The notes beneath the pieces are model-generated. The model saw only the letters and a program-made list of their open reading frames with translations. It did not search any database and was not told the origin of the DNA. A stretch of 58,751 nt of DNA, taken from the IMG/VR virus record IMGVR_UViG_3300019884_000062, positions 1-58,751 of that record; one strand, given 5' to 3'. Position numbers and translations under genes: made by a program. Position 1 is the first letter of the stretch. Each line of letters starts with the position of its first letter. This DNA is from a virus. Its lineage: Duplodnaviria; Caudoviricetes. Shown here piece after piece: positions 34,052 through 44,373 of the stretch.

Positions 34052-34996
34052 TTACAGAGCCGCCTTGAGAGCCGCCAGCTCTTCCGCGTCGTACACGCCG
34101 CGCAGGATCTCGGCGGTCTCCGCCACCGGCGTCTCGCCGAGGCCGGACAGGAGTCCCTTCACGGCCTCCTTGGAATCCAACTCCGCCTCGGCCACCTTGG
34201 CGTTGAGCGTGTCGAAGTCGGTCTTGAGGGTCTTCTTGACCTCTTCGTCGGTCTGCCCCACGGCCGTGGCGAGCGCCTTCACGGCGCCGGTCAACCAGCC
34301 GAGGTAGACATGCAGCGGAACGCGCTTGCCGCTTTCGGTCGGCGATGGGATCGCGACAGCCGTGACATAGTGCGCATCGCGGAGCTGCTGCGCCTGCGCC
34401 GGATCGGTGATCTTCCCCACTTCGTCTTCTCCTCCAGTCATGAGCGCGTAGACGCGTGAACGCTCAGCGCTCATATTCACGCCTTTGGGATCGGTCTTGG
34501 TGCTCGTCTCGCCTGGCGGCTTGCCCGCAGCCGGCTGGTGTTCATAATGACCGGCCATCCGCTTGCGCGGGTCAGCGCCGATCTTGGTCATGATGGCGGC
34601 GGTCGCCTTACGCGCCGCATCGAGTTGGACCGCCGGCCAAGGCTCTCCCTTGTTGTCATTGGCCATCTCGATGCCGAATAGCGCGGTATTGCCCAATCCC
34701 TTGTTCGGTCCGGCCCATCCCACCTTGTTGTGATTGCATCGGCCAGACGCGCAAATGTACACCGTGCCGTCGCGCCAAATCATCATCTGCGCGATTGGCG
34801 GCGGAGCGGTTGCTGATCCATTCAGGATCACATTGACCTCTCCTTGCGCGGTAGCGGACCGCGAGCCGGCCGTGGCATGCCAGGTGATACCGATCGGAGA
34901 GAATGACGTTGATCCTCTGGTCTTCCAACCGGAGACCTCCACGACCTTCACACCTGCGGCGCGCAAAGCATCGGCTAACCATGTCTGCCTTGCCAT
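34052..34996 (-). CDS. Endolysin, N-acetylmuramoyl-L-alanine amidase (Amidase_2)
   Basis: WLADALRAAG..GWKTRG, WHATAG, NHNKVG, GIEM, GHYE, KTDP motifs. Confidence 0.9.
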   Translation of the reverse strand: MARQTWLADALRAAGVKVVEVSGWKTRGSTSFSPIGITWHATAGSRSATAQGEVNVILNGSATAPPPIAQMMIWRDGTVYICASGRCNHNKVGWAGPNKGLGNTALFGIEMANDNKGEPWPAVQLDAARKATAAIMTKIGADPRKRMAGHYEHQPAAGKPPGETSTKTDPKGVNMSAERSRVYALMTGGEDEVGKITDPAQAQQLRDAHYVTAVAIPSPTESGKRVPLHVYLGWLTGAVKALATAVGQTDEEVKKTLKTDFDTLNAKVAEAELDSKEAVKGLLSGLGETPVAETAEILRGVYDAEELAALKAAL

Positions 34997-35029
34997 GGCA
35001 CCTCCCTTCCTGCCGATAAGCCTAGTTTG

Positions 35030-35986
35030 CTAGAAGAACTGAGTTACGATCACGATTCCTTCGCCGCCATTTGACCCCGCGCGGGCCGATTGGCTTGGGT
35101 CATTCGCGGCTCCGCCGCCACCGCCGCCCATCGAGCCGGTCGTGCCGGAGCTATTGCCGATACCGCCTCGGCCTCCCGTGCCTAGCGGTGAGTTACCGCC
35201 ATTACCTCCGGCCGCCTGACCCACGCCTACGCCCACCCGGATGCTGTTCTGTCCGGCTCCACCGCGCACTCGGAACGCACCGGTTCCAGAACCGGCATCC
35301 GGACCACCGGTGCCAAAGCCAGGCGAGACTCCCGCGCCGAGCACGCCTGCTGCGGATCCACCGGGGGCAGAGACTAGCGTCGCGGCCGCACTGAAGGAAG
35401 AGACCGCACCGACGCCACCGGACGCTCCGGCCACACCGACTCCGCCAGTGCCGACAACTACCGGCTCGCTGGAGGCCAGATCATCTGCGGCGAACCATCT
35501 TTCGCAATACGTGCCGGCCGCGCCTCCGCCTCCGCACGAGGTCTGGCCGGCCGGCGTAATCGCCGCACCGGCTCCGGCGGCTCCACTACCTTGGACCTGA
35601 ACGCGTACCGTTCGCGTCGAGCTGCCCTTGTTCCAGGTCCCAGACCCAAAGAAGAATTGACACAGAGCGTTTGCGTCTCCTGTTAGGACGGTCGGGTTGA
35701 CGTCGATAGCCATGGCGATTGCGCTTGTAGCTATGGCGATTTGCCTCCAGGTCGAGTCATCCGCCCGCCAGACGTACGCCTTTCCGGTGTCGGTCTCCAG
35801 GATTGCCCTACCGGGCCAACGATCCGCGCCGACCGGACGGGTACCAGACGTACAGATCGTGAAGCCGACCGCTGCATCGACCTTGTCCATGTTCTCGTTG
35901 ATGTCGGTCTCGACATCAACGCTATCGCCCGTAGTGGGGTCCGGATCTGGCTTTCGGAGCCCAAGTCGAGTAGTCTGTGTCGCCAT
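35030..35986 (-). CDS. Glycine-rich tail fibre/minor tail protein
   Basis: Gly-rich domain (GGGGAAG..VGTGG..GGEGIVIV); N-terminus shared with the neighbouring fibre. Confidence 0.8.
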   Translation of the reverse strand: MATQTTRLGLRKPDPDPTTGDSVDVETDINENMDKVDAAVGFTICTSGTRPVGADRWPGRAILETDTGKAYVWRADDSTWRQIAIATSAIAMAIDVNPTVLTGDANALCQFFFGSGTWNKGSSTRTVRVQVQGSGAAGAGAAITPAGQTSCGGGGAAGTYCERWFAADDLASSEPVVVGTGGVGVAGASGGVGAVSSFSAAATLVSAPGGSAAGVLGAGVSPGFGTGGPDAGSGTGAFRVRGGAGQNSIRVGVGVGQAAGGNGGNSPLGTGGRGGIGNSSGTTGSMGGGGGGAANDPSQSARAGSNGGEGIVIVTQFF

Positions 35987-35995
35987 AGCTCCTCT

Positions 35996-37036
35996 TTAGA
36001 CTGGGCCGATGTCTTCGACGTACAGCTGTCGATCGCCCGTTGGAGTGATGGCCGGGTTGCCGGCGCCGGCAATCGATCGGATCGTGAAGGCTCCCAACGT
36101 GTGCGTGCCGGCCGAGAAGGTCACCAGCTTCTCGACGTGGATCGTAACTTGACCGGAGCCGCCGGCTACCGCAGCATGCGAAGCAGAGTTTGCTACCGAG
36201 GTGCTACCGGTCGTGGGCGTACTCGCACCCCCGTCACGAACGTGAATGTTGATAAGGCAGTTCGCCGAGGCAATGCTCAAGTTCACCTTCAGACCGCACA
36301 AGACGACGCGGTATCTACGGCTCGTCTCGGCCGTGAAGACATAGTTCCCCAGCAATGCATCCCGGACCTCCACACCATCAGCGGCAGTCGGCGTGCCGGA
36401 TCCATTCAAGACAGTAGGCGTGCCCATGATTCCGCGTGGCAGGGATCGGTTGGCCCGCAACACGTCCAGAGTCGCGTCAAACGCGTCATCAGTCCTAAGT
36501 AGATTGGCGCTGGCTCGCTTCAAGTTCACATCCGCAGCAGCGCCACCCGAGGACCACTGCATAGTCCCATCGAAGTCCAGGATGTAGTGGTCCTGCGTGT
36601 CACCGGAGCCTCGGAAGGAGATTGCGCGGTGCCCGGTCGCGGCGGATGACGTCTCGATGAGAACCTGAGCGGTAGAGCCACCACCGGCCGCAATCGTCTT
36701 GATCAGCTGGCTACCCGCGCCGGGCGCGACACCGAGGCCGAGCCGGTCAGCGCGCAGGCCGGCATTGAACTGCGCGGAACCGATCAAGAGCTGTAGCCAG
36801 CTAGCTCCGGTCGCGCTCCACACATACGCCTTCAACGTATCCGTCTCCAGGATGCCGCGACCATCCCAACGCTCTGCGCCAACCGGTCGCGTACCGGAGG
36901 TACAGATGTGGAAGCCGACCGCTGCGTCCAATTTGTCCATCGACGCGTTGATGTCGGTCGCTACATCGACATTGTCCCCGGTTACCGGATCAGGGTCAGG
37001 CTTTCGCAGCAACAGCCTAGTCGTGAACGTCGCCAT
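35996..37036 (-). CDS. Tail fibre/receptor-binding protein
   Basis: N-terminal anchor MATFTTRLLLRKPDPDP; C-terminal YVEDIG; GGGAGG RBS. Confidence 0.8.
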   Translation of the reverse strand: MATFTTRLLLRKPDPDPVTGDNVDVATDINASMDKLDAAVGFHICTSGTRPVGAERWDGRGILETDTLKAYVWSATGASWLQLLIGSAQFNAGLRADRLGLGVAPGAGSQLIKTIAAGGGSTAQVLIETSSAATGHRAISFRGSGDTQDHYILDFDGTMQWSSGGAAADVNLKRASANLLRTDDAFDATLDVLRANRSLPRGIMGTPTVLNGSGTPTAADGVEVRDALLGNYVFTAETSRRYRVVLCGLKVNLSIASANCLINIHVRDGGASTPTTGSTSVANSASHAAVAGGSGQVTIHVEKLVTFSAGTHTLGAFTIRSIAGAGNPAITPTGDRQLYVEDIGPV

Positions 37037-37595
37037 CCCGGCTTGCCTCCCTCTCCAGCAACAGTTGGTAGCGTGCAAGCCGGTCCATCTGGGCTCCGCC
37101 GCGCCCCATGTTCGCTCGCTTCTTTTCCACCATTTGCCGTTTGATATCCACAATCTCCCAATCCACGGCGCACTTCTCGCGCACGAGGTCCATAGGGTCG
37201 GTTGGGTCTACCTCGGCCACGTCTATATTCAACGCCCTAGCCCGCAAAGCCGGAGCCGGCTTCGTGACGCGTAGCGCGGAGCGCTTAGCGCCTTCAAGTC
37301 GAGCTAGGTGGAACGCTCCCGCTTGCTCCCGGCTCGGCGCGTTGAAGAGCGTAAACGGATGGTCCTCGGGCACCTGCGGCATGAAGTGTTCCATGAGGAT
37401 AAGCTCTACCAACTCATCCGTGGTCCAACCATCCAGTCCATACTCGGCGATCCGCCACTCAGGCGTGTCGGCCGGGAACACGAACTTGTGCATGATCGAG
37501 GTCTCGCCATCGGTCACATTGACTGCGAGCGCTATCATGTCCTCTGCCCCCGGACGGGGGTACAACTCGGATGCTATGATCTCCAAATCAATCAC
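37017..37595 (-). CDS. Hypothetical tail-region protein
   Basis: GTG start overlaps the upstream stop; located in the tail module. Confidence 0.65.
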   Translation of the reverse strand: MIDLEIIASELYPRPGAEDMIALAVNVTDGETSIMHKFVFPADTPEWRIAEYGLDGWTTDELVELILMEHFMPQVPEDHPFTLFNAPSREQAGAFHLARLEGAKRSALRVTKPAPALRARALNIDVAEVDPTDPMDLVREKCAVDWEIVDIKRQMVEKKRANMGRGGAQMDRLARYQLLLEREASRDGDVHD

Positions 37596-40339
37596 AACGC
37601 AGCTCCTGCCCTGAACGCCCAGACGAACACCGCACGAGTGCGATAGTTCGGAGAAGTACCGCCCCAACCGACCGTGAAGCCGGTAGACGTTGAAACCGCA
37701 AGGTTGGATCGCTCTACAACTCCTGAATCCCAGAGAATGGAGCAGACCGGTCCCATCAGCTCGGACATCGTTGCCCCGTACACATAGGACGCGGCGCCGA
37801 ACACGTGCGGCGTTACGAAAGTGTTGTCTATAACGGTCCAGAGCGCGTCATCAGAGGCAACACCATACCCGTTCGGAAATTTGCCCTTGAACTGGATGAG
37901 GCCGGCTAGCGGCCAACCGAGGCTCAGATACAACTCCGGCGCGGAAGGCTTGTCGTGGCTAAGGATCGCGGCGAAGTCGAAGAGCGCCAGCTTGCCGCCA
38001 TCCTGCACATCGTCGGACGCGCGCCGGACCGAGGTCTCTACCGCCATACCTAGCGGTGTGTCCCAAGCGAGCTGCCGGCCAAAGTGGTCGAACGGACCGT
38101 GCGGCGTCATCCGGATCTGTGGCTGTACGCCCGGAAGGATGGAGATGCCGTTGCCGTTCACGAAGGTCTGGATCGTACCGGTGAAGCTCGCCGTACCGCT
38201 GGCCGCATCAATGTTCACATTGAGGTCATTCTCGGAGTCGTACGCCTTGATGCCGGTGCTCGTGATCTCGATACGCGAGCCGGACAATGCGGTCCGAATA
38301 GCAGCTGCCAGGATCCAGTTGGCCGTGATCGTCCCAGCCGTGACCTTCGAGACCGAGAGGTCAGAGATGTGAGCGTTATCAAGGAGATCCGCTGTCGCTT
38401 GAACCGCAGCGGAAGCTGCCGACTTGTTACCCATCCGGTCCACGGCTACGATGCGAACCCAGATGGCCTCCGTATTGGGGATCTGGAAGGTGCCCACGGC
38501 GCCAATCAGACCGAGCATCATACCGATGTTGGCGGCTAGCTCGCCGACCTTGTTGGAATCGTCCGGGTAGAAGTGATCCGAGCCGCCCACGTGAACATTA
38601 AGCCGCACCAGATCCGGCTCCAGATTGAACGTGCCGCCGCTCGCCTTCCCAAGGTTGTGCGTGACCTGGATTGCGATCAGTGAGCTAGCCACGATCGGCG
38701 CGGCCGGCGTGCTCGGCGCGAACAGGTCTCCGGTTGTGGTCTGGAAACTTGAGGCGGAGTACGGTCCCTGGTGTGGCGGGTTAGCCGAGTCCACGGCCCG
38801 AATCTGGAACTCATACCGCACGCCCGGCGTGAGCTCAAGGATGGTCGCTTCGTTCGTGCCCCATGGGACGTTGATGTAGTGCCATTCCGGATCGGCCGAC
38901 ACCGCGTCGGAAACCGGTGCGGTCCAACGATTCGTCTCCAGGTCTCCCCATTTGAATGGCGCGAGCTGTCCCCACTTCACCGCGTAGCCGAGGATCTGGT
39001 CAATCCGGTAGCGGATCTCATAGTGATCGCCATCAGTGATGACGGATGCGTCACCATTCAATGGAGTCGTCCAGCCCACCCGGATGACTGCCTTGGTATC
39101 ATTGGTGTCAACGGACTGGTACGCGCCAAAGTTCCAAGTCGTGAACGCAGGCGCAGCCGGGATGGTTAGGTCGGCTCCGCCGCCTTCCGGGAGGTTCGGA
39201 CGGATGCCGATCGGTTCCGCCGCTACGGTAACGGACCGGTTTAGCGCACCGACCACCACGGTGGTCTCGCCGGACTCCGGCGCGTAGTACGGCGACAGAT
39301 CCAACCACGCTCCGTCAACGGTTCTGAAGGCGACCGTCCACCCTTCTGGTACCGGCCAAGTCATTTCGACGCAGCGGAGCGCGACCGGGTTGATCGGCTG
39401 ACCCTCCCAGTAGACCTCACGCGACGGGTCGATGAACCCGTTGTTCGGGTCGTACACGTTGAGATAGTCCCCAACGGCGAAGTCTCCCTTGATGTCAAAA
39501 GCGTCCGTGCTGAGAGTAACCGCCTGTCGCTTCCCTTGAAACTGGGAGAGCGCTAGTTGAGCGCGGGTCGCAGCATTAGCGGATGAGGTCTCGCTCTCGC
39601 TCACGAGCCGGACAACCTTGATGTCCCCGCCGTGAAGGTGGTTGAATGGCGTAGCCGGCCCGTTCGCCGAGCCGGTCGCGATCGAGCCACCTTCGCCTTC
39701 AGCGAGCAACACGACGCGGGTGGTGTAGTCCTCCACATCCTCGGCTAGCGCCTGATTGCCCGGGAAGGCCGAGATCAGCAAGTCACGTCCTGCGGACTTA
39801 GACCGCATTAGGATGGCCTTAGGCGTGGTAACGTACAGTTGCGCGATCGTACCTGCGTCTAGCGTCCCGTTGTTGTTTACGCGCCACTCCGCGTCGAAGA
39901 TGGACGTCACGTAGTCGAGTGCCTGGCGCGGAGTCTGCCAACGGTGGACCCCGGTGTAGGTCCCAGCGATGGAATTGATGATGCCCGAGATCACCGACCC
40001 GCTCGGCGGCAACAGAGCCGCGACCGAGGCCGCGAAGGTCTGCGCGGTAAGCGTGACGGCGGTCTCGAAGACGTCTCCCTTGCCGTCCTCATCACCGAGC
40101 CAGTAGGCCATACCCGACCCGTTGAGTAGGAATTCATTTTGCGCATCCCGGCGCCTGAACACGCCGACGTACCGCGCGGCGGTCAGAAGATTGTCGCCAT
40201 ACTCCGCCGGATTGACATGGTTCGGTAGCACGGCGATGTGACCAAAGTACGAGAGCTGATCGAGGATTGATCGCGGCGTGGACTCGCGGAGCCGGAGCTG
40301 CCACGAGCCGAGCGCCTGCTTGACCTCGGTGATCGTCAT
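37592..40339 (-). CDS. Large minor tail (baseplate hub) protein with FN3-like domains
   Basis: 915 aa, second gene after the TMP; LTPGVRYEFQIRAVD and VRIVAVDRMGNKS FN3 motifs. Confidence 0.85.
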   Translation of the reverse strand: MTITEVKQALGSWQLRLRESTPRSILDQLSYFGHIAVLPNHVNPAEYGDNLLTAARYVGVFRRRDAQNEFLLNGSGMAYWLGDEDGKGDVFETAVTLTAQTFAASVAALLPPSGSVISGIINSIAGTYTGVHRWQTPRQALDYVTSIFDAEWRVNNNGTLDAGTIAQLYVTTPKAILMRSKSAGRDLLISAFPGNQALAEDVEDYTTRVVLLAEGEGGSIATGSANGPATPFNHLHGGDIKVVRLVSESETSSANAATRAQLALSQFQGKRQAVTLSTDAFDIKGDFAVGDYLNVYDPNNGFIDPSREVYWEGQPINPVALRCVEMTWPVPEGWTVAFRTVDGAWLDLSPYYAPESGETTVVVGALNRSVTVAAEPIGIRPNLPEGGGADLTIPAAPAFTTWNFGAYQSVDTNDTKAVIRVGWTTPLNGDASVITDGDHYEIRYRIDQILGYAVKWGQLAPFKWGDLETNRWTAPVSDAVSADPEWHYINVPWGTNEATILELTPGVRYEFQIRAVDSANPPHQGPYSASSFQTTTGDLFAPSTPAAPIVASSLIAIQVTHNLGKASGGTFNLEPDLVRLNVHVGGSDHFYPDDSNKVGELAANIGMMLGLIGAVGTFQIPNTEAIWVRIVAVDRMGNKSAASAAVQATADLLDNAHISDLSVSKVTAGTITANWILAAAIRTALSGSRIEITSTGIKAYDSENDLNVNIDAASGTASFTGTIQTFVNGNGISILPGVQPQIRMTPHGPFDHFGRQLAWDTPLGMAVETSVRRASDDVQDGGKLALFDFAAILSHDKPSAPELYLSLGWPLAGLIQFKGKFPNGYGVASDDALWTVIDNTFVTPHVFGAASYVYGATMSELMGPVCSILWDSGVVERSNLAVSTSTGFTVGWGGTSPNYRTRAVFVWAFRAGAAL

Positions 40340-41553
40340 CGCTTCACCACCGCCGTTGTTTCGCTTACTGCGCCGATGTATTGGTCTCTTAGGACGGTCG
40401 CTGCGTCGCCAGCCGCCGCCGAGCCGCCAGCGAAAACAACTCCTAAGTAGACGTCCAACCCGGTCACGGCTGCCTTCGAGATCCCACGATCGGTTGTGTA
40501 GGCCACGGTCTTGCTCGACCCCACGATGAACCGGTTACCATCCGCATCATCGGCAGTCGCAGTCACGTAACCGGTCGCGGTCTGGTTGCTAGCCGTCTCC
40601 GTGGTCTCCAAGTACGCACCAAGAGTAGAGCTGACATCGGTCTGGATGTAGACCTCGGCGAGCCGCGACCCGCGCCGGAGCGAGACGTCCACATAGGTCC
40701 GACCGATCGTATGTGCCTTCAACAGACGTATGGTCGCTAGCTCGAAGTCGTTGCGGATGACGGTCATGGAGTCGAAGTTACCAAGCGATGTCGTCGCTCC
40801 GCCGCGCGCGATATGCCAGGCCTTAGTCTCCCATGCCGTCCCGCCCCAGGCCGAGACTTGGAGCATACCGGCGGCCAACAGCGGCGTAACGCGCACGAGA
40901 CCGTTGTTCAATTCCCAACCGGTCGCCGAGGCGCGGATGCCGACTCCGGTACGTTCGAACCCTCCTGTTAGGACTCGCACGCGGCCGGCTGGGTAAGCGA
41001 GCGCTGAGCAAGCGTAGCGCGGGTTGATGTTAGCCGGGATGGTGCGGTAGATCGTGATTGCGCCGTCCGTGCCGGTTCGCGTCATCGAGGTCGAAGGCAG
41101 CGTGGAGCCGGTGAAGTAGGCAGTATGGCCGATCGGCGGAGCGTGCCAACGCTCGCCCGTCAACACGTAGTTGTTGGCCCGTACCACAGTCCCCATTCGA
41201 CTCTCGATATCGAGTACGTTGTCCGGTCCGTACTTGGACAAGATGAAGTTCCACTCGAAGGAACGCATCATGTCTTCCGGCCAGTCGAGCACGGACGCAC
41301 CAACATCCTGCACTCGATAGAAACCGTCCTGATCGGACTTGTTGGAGAACCGGACCGGCACGATCCGGTCGGCAAGTCCAAGGATGTCCTCTTGCTTCCG
41401 TTGTACCTCCGCAAGGTCAGCGCCTCGGTAGCCGATGAAGTGTTGGCCGGTCACCTGAATCGTCCGCTCGCCGGTGCCGGCGTTATGCTGCTCGGACAGC
41501 TCGTGTCGCTCGGAGACTTCCAAGCGACCGATAGTCATCAGACCCCAGCTCAC
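40336..41553 (-). CDS. Minor tail protein (distal tail position)
   Basis: Immediately after the tape measure gene; beta-rich. Confidence 0.75.
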   Translation of the reverse strand: MSWGLMTIGRLEVSERHELSEQHNAGTGERTIQVTGQHFIGYRGADLAEVQRKQEDILGLADRIVPVRFSNKSDQDGFYRVQDVGASVLDWPEDMMRSFEWNFILSKYGPDNVLDIESRMGTVVRANNYVLTGERWHAPPIGHTAYFTGSTLPSTSMTRTGTDGAITIYRTIPANINPRYACSALAYPAGRVRVLTGGFERTGVGIRASATGWELNNGLVRVTPLLAAGMLQVSAWGGTAWETKAWHIARGGATTSLGNFDSMTVIRNDFELATIRLLKAHTIGRTYVDVSLRRGSRLAEVYIQTDVSSTLGAYLETTETASNQTATGYVTATADDADGNRFIVGSSKTVAYTTDRGISKAAVTGLDVYLGVVFAGGSAAAGDAATVLRDQYIGAVSETTAVVKR

Positions 41554-44366
41554 TTGTACCCCTTTGCATAGCGGTCCAGCTCTTCGTGCAGCTTCGCCAC
41601 GAACTTACGCGGCACCTCAGGGTCATCGAGGTCCCAAGTCCCCGTGATGCTCACGGTACCGATGGTAATCGTTCGGTCTCCGCCGCTCGGCGCTGCCGGC
41701 GCGGGTGGCCGTTCCACGTGAGCGGCCATGCCGGCGTTAGCCTGGCCTACCGCCGCACCCGCCGGCATCGGCACCGCCTTCGACACGCCGCCGAGCGTCC
41801 GGGCAACCGCGTCCCGCGCGGCTTTCGCGGTCCCGATGATGCCGGATGCGAAGTCCTCGACCATATGCTGGCCACGGTACTTCACATATCCTCGGCCGGA
41901 CAAGGGGCCTTCCTTCGCAGGCGAGCCCGGCAAGAAGCGCGTCACGGAGTTGACGATGTTGCGAGCGGTATCTGCGACTACGCCAAGCATCGACCTGATC
42001 CCGTTGATGAATCCTTGGATTAGCTCGCGTCCCTTGTTGTATAGCATGCCACCGAGGTTCCCAATGGCGCCGATCACGCGGCCCGGGATGCCCTTGACGA
42101 AGCTGATCAGCGAGCCGGTGCCGCCTTCCGCCGCGCGCTTGAGTTCGTTGAAGAACCCTCGCACCTTGTCCACGATTGCTTTGATACCGTTGATGATCGC
42201 CACGATCGTGTTGACGGCGGTCCGCACGATAGCAGCAATCGCGTTCCAAGTCGTCGTGAAGATGAGCTTGATCGCGTTGAAGACCGTGGTCACGATCGCC
42301 TTGATCGCATTCCACGCAGTCGTAAAGACCGCCTTCTGGAAGTTCAACCAGGCGACGATGAAAGGCTTGAGGAAGTTGACAACAATCTCGATTGCCTTCT
42401 TGATGGCGTTGAAGGCGGCTGTGGTAGCCTTCGAGACTCCGCTCCAAATTGCGCCCCAGATCGCCTTCTGCGCGTTCAGCCAACCCTCGATGAACGGTCG
42501 CAAGAAGTTGATGACGGCCGTCACGACCATCTTGATTGCGTTCCACCAGTGCTCGAAGAGGAATGCCACGAACCTGAGGATGGGCTCCCATATGGTCCGC
42601 ATCAAGGTGATCCAGACCGCGAACAGAGCGTCCATGATCGCGAACGCAGTCTTTACCACAGAAACGATGAGGTCGAAGGCTGCCTTCCAGATCGGCGCCA
42701 CGACGCTGAAGATGGTCTTGAGAACGTTGAACCAGGTCCGCGCGACCGTCAGCCATGCGTTGAAGATGACCTTGATGACCTTCCATGCCGCTTCGAAGAA
42801 TCCTGAGATAGAGCCCCAGATATTCTTGAAGAATGGCACGAGCGTGTTCATGAACCACGAGGCAACCGCTTGTGCGGCCTTCTTGATCGCGGCCCAAACC
42901 GCGAGCACGATGTTGCGGAAGGTCTCGCTGCGCTTCCACAGAAGGATGATCGCGGCCACCAGCAGAATGATGGCCAATACTACCAGGCCGATAGGAGAAG
43001 TCAGGAATACCGCGTTGAACAGACGCCAGGCGAGCGCTAGCACCTTGATGGCGACGGTCCACGCGACCGTCACGATCCGCAGGAGCTTCATCGCGACCAC
43101 GAGCGCCTTCACGGCTCGCACGAACTGCATCACCTTGACGGCTACACCGAGGAACAGAAGAAAGCCGGCCGTCACCATAGCGATGTTGAGAATCAACGAC
43201 TTCGTGCCATCGTCCATGCTGTTCAGGAAGTTGGCGAACTTCGTCAGTGCCTTCACGATCTTCGTGATGGCCGGCAACAGAAGCGTCCCGAATGCGATGG
43301 CGGCGGTCTCCGCTGAGCCCTTCAATTGCTCGATGGCTCCGGCGGTGTTGTCGAGCCGCTTAGCCGCGACCTCTTCCGCCGTTACCTTGCCCATGGCGGT
43401 GGCCATCTCTTCGAAGCCCTTGCTGCCGGCCTTCGTGAGCACTGCCGCCGCTCGGATCGCATCCGAGCCAAAGATGGTCTCCAGCGTGAGCTGCTTCTGC
43501 TCCGCCGTCATGTTCTTGGTGCGGTCCTGCAAAAGCTGTGAGATGTCGGCCAGAGACTTGATGTTTCCCTTGGCATCGAAGAACTGGTTGGACCCGTCCT
43601 TGGTGACTAGCCCCAGTTCCTTGAAGAGCTCAATCTGCTTCTTGGTGGTCGGCGAGAGGTTCGACAGCATCGTCTTGAGCGAGGTGCCGGCATCCGATCC
43701 CTTGATGCCGGCCTGGCCCATAAGGGCGATGGCAGTCGCTGTGTCCTCAAAGGACAGTCCTACTAGGTTGGCCACCGCGCCGACTTGCTTCAGAGACTGC
43801 CCAAAGTCGCCCACGGAGATAGAGGATGCGTTGGCCGCGCCGGCAATCTGGTCCGCCACCTTGGGGAGATCGCTCGCCGAGAGGCTGAACGCGTTCATCG
43901 CGTCCGCCGCTAGCTCCGCCGCCGCCGGTAGCTCGACACCCCCTGCGGCCGCTAGGGCCACCGTAGCATCTGCGGCTCCGCCAAGGATTTGGTCTACTGT
44001 CAAGCCTGCCTTCGCAAGCTCCTCCATGGCGTTAGCGGCTTCGCCCGCACCAAAGGATGTATCCGCGCCTAGCTGGAGCGCCTTCTTGCGGAGCCGTTCC
44101 AAGTCCTCGGAGCTAGCGCCGGACACGGCACCGATCGCGCTGATCTGCTTCTCGAAGTCGATGGCGACCTTCGCGGCCAAGCCGATGCCTACGGCGATAA
44201 CCCCACCGGCGACCGCCATCTGGTGGCCGGCCTCATTGAAATTCTGACCGGAGCCCTTGGCAGACTTGCCGGTCTTGTCCATGTCCCGACGCGCTTGGTC
44301 AAGTCCCTTGCCGTCATAATCGACTTGGACTTTGCCCTTGGCTGTGCCCAGATTGTAGTCTGCCAT
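41550..44366 (-). CDS. Tape measure protein (TP901-type core)
   Basis: FEKQISAI..LRKKALQLG..GIKGSDAGTSLK; Trp/Phe periodic repeats; LPGSPAKEGPL. Confidence 0.96.
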   Translation of the reverse strand: MADYNLGTAKGKVQVDYDGKGLDQARRDMDKTGKSAKGSGQNFNEAGHQMAVAGGVIAVGIGLAAKVAIDFEKQISAIGAVSGASSEDLERLRKKALQLGADTSFGAGEAANAMEELAKAGLTVDQILGGAADATVALAAAGGVELPAAAELAADAMNAFSLSASDLPKVADQIAGAANASSISVGDFGQSLKQVGAVANLVGLSFEDTATAIALMGQAGIKGSDAGTSLKTMLSNLSPTTKKQIELFKELGLVTKDGSNQFFDAKGNIKSLADISQLLQDRTKNMTAEQKQLTLETIFGSDAIRAAAVLTKAGSKGFEEMATAMGKVTAEEVAAKRLDNTAGAIEQLKGSAETAAIAFGTLLLPAITKIVKALTKFANFLNSMDDGTKSLILNIAMVTAGFLLFLGVAVKVMQFVRAVKALVVAMKLLRIVTVAWTVAIKVLALAWRLFNAVFLTSPIGLVVLAIILLVAAIILLWKRSETFRNIVLAVWAAIKKAAQAVASWFMNTLVPFFKNIWGSISGFFEAAWKVIKVIFNAWLTVARTWFNVLKTIFSVVAPIWKAAFDLIVSVVKTAFAIMDALFAVWITLMRTIWEPILRFVAFLFEHWWNAIKMVVTAVINFLRPFIEGWLNAQKAIWGAIWSGVSKATTAAFNAIKKAIEIVVNFLKPFIVAWLNFQKAVFTTAWNAIKAIVTTVFNAIKLIFTTTWNAIAAIVRTAVNTIVAIINGIKAIVDKVRGFFNELKRAAEGGTGSLISFVKGIPGRVIGAIGNLGGMLYNKGRELIQGFINGIRSMLGVVADTARNIVNSVTRFLPGSPAKEGPLSGRGYVKYRGQHMVEDFASGIIGTAKAARDAVARTLGGVSKAVPMPAGAAVGQANAGMAAHVERPPAPAAPSGGDRTITIGTVSITGTWDLDDPEVPRKFVAKLHEELDRYAKGYK

Positions 44367-44373
44367 AGCGGAC

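Noticed and set aside
35740-37036. Diversity-generating retroelement or invertible fibre cassette
   Set aside because: No reverse transcriptase or invertase; the repeats are direct, N-terminal, and their differences do not look adenine-specific
41728-44247. 839-aa plus-strand ORF (also 49097..50455, 13502..14515, 23624..24640 and others)
   Set aside because: Antisense shadows of strongly biased high-GC minus-strand genes; no recognisable motifs
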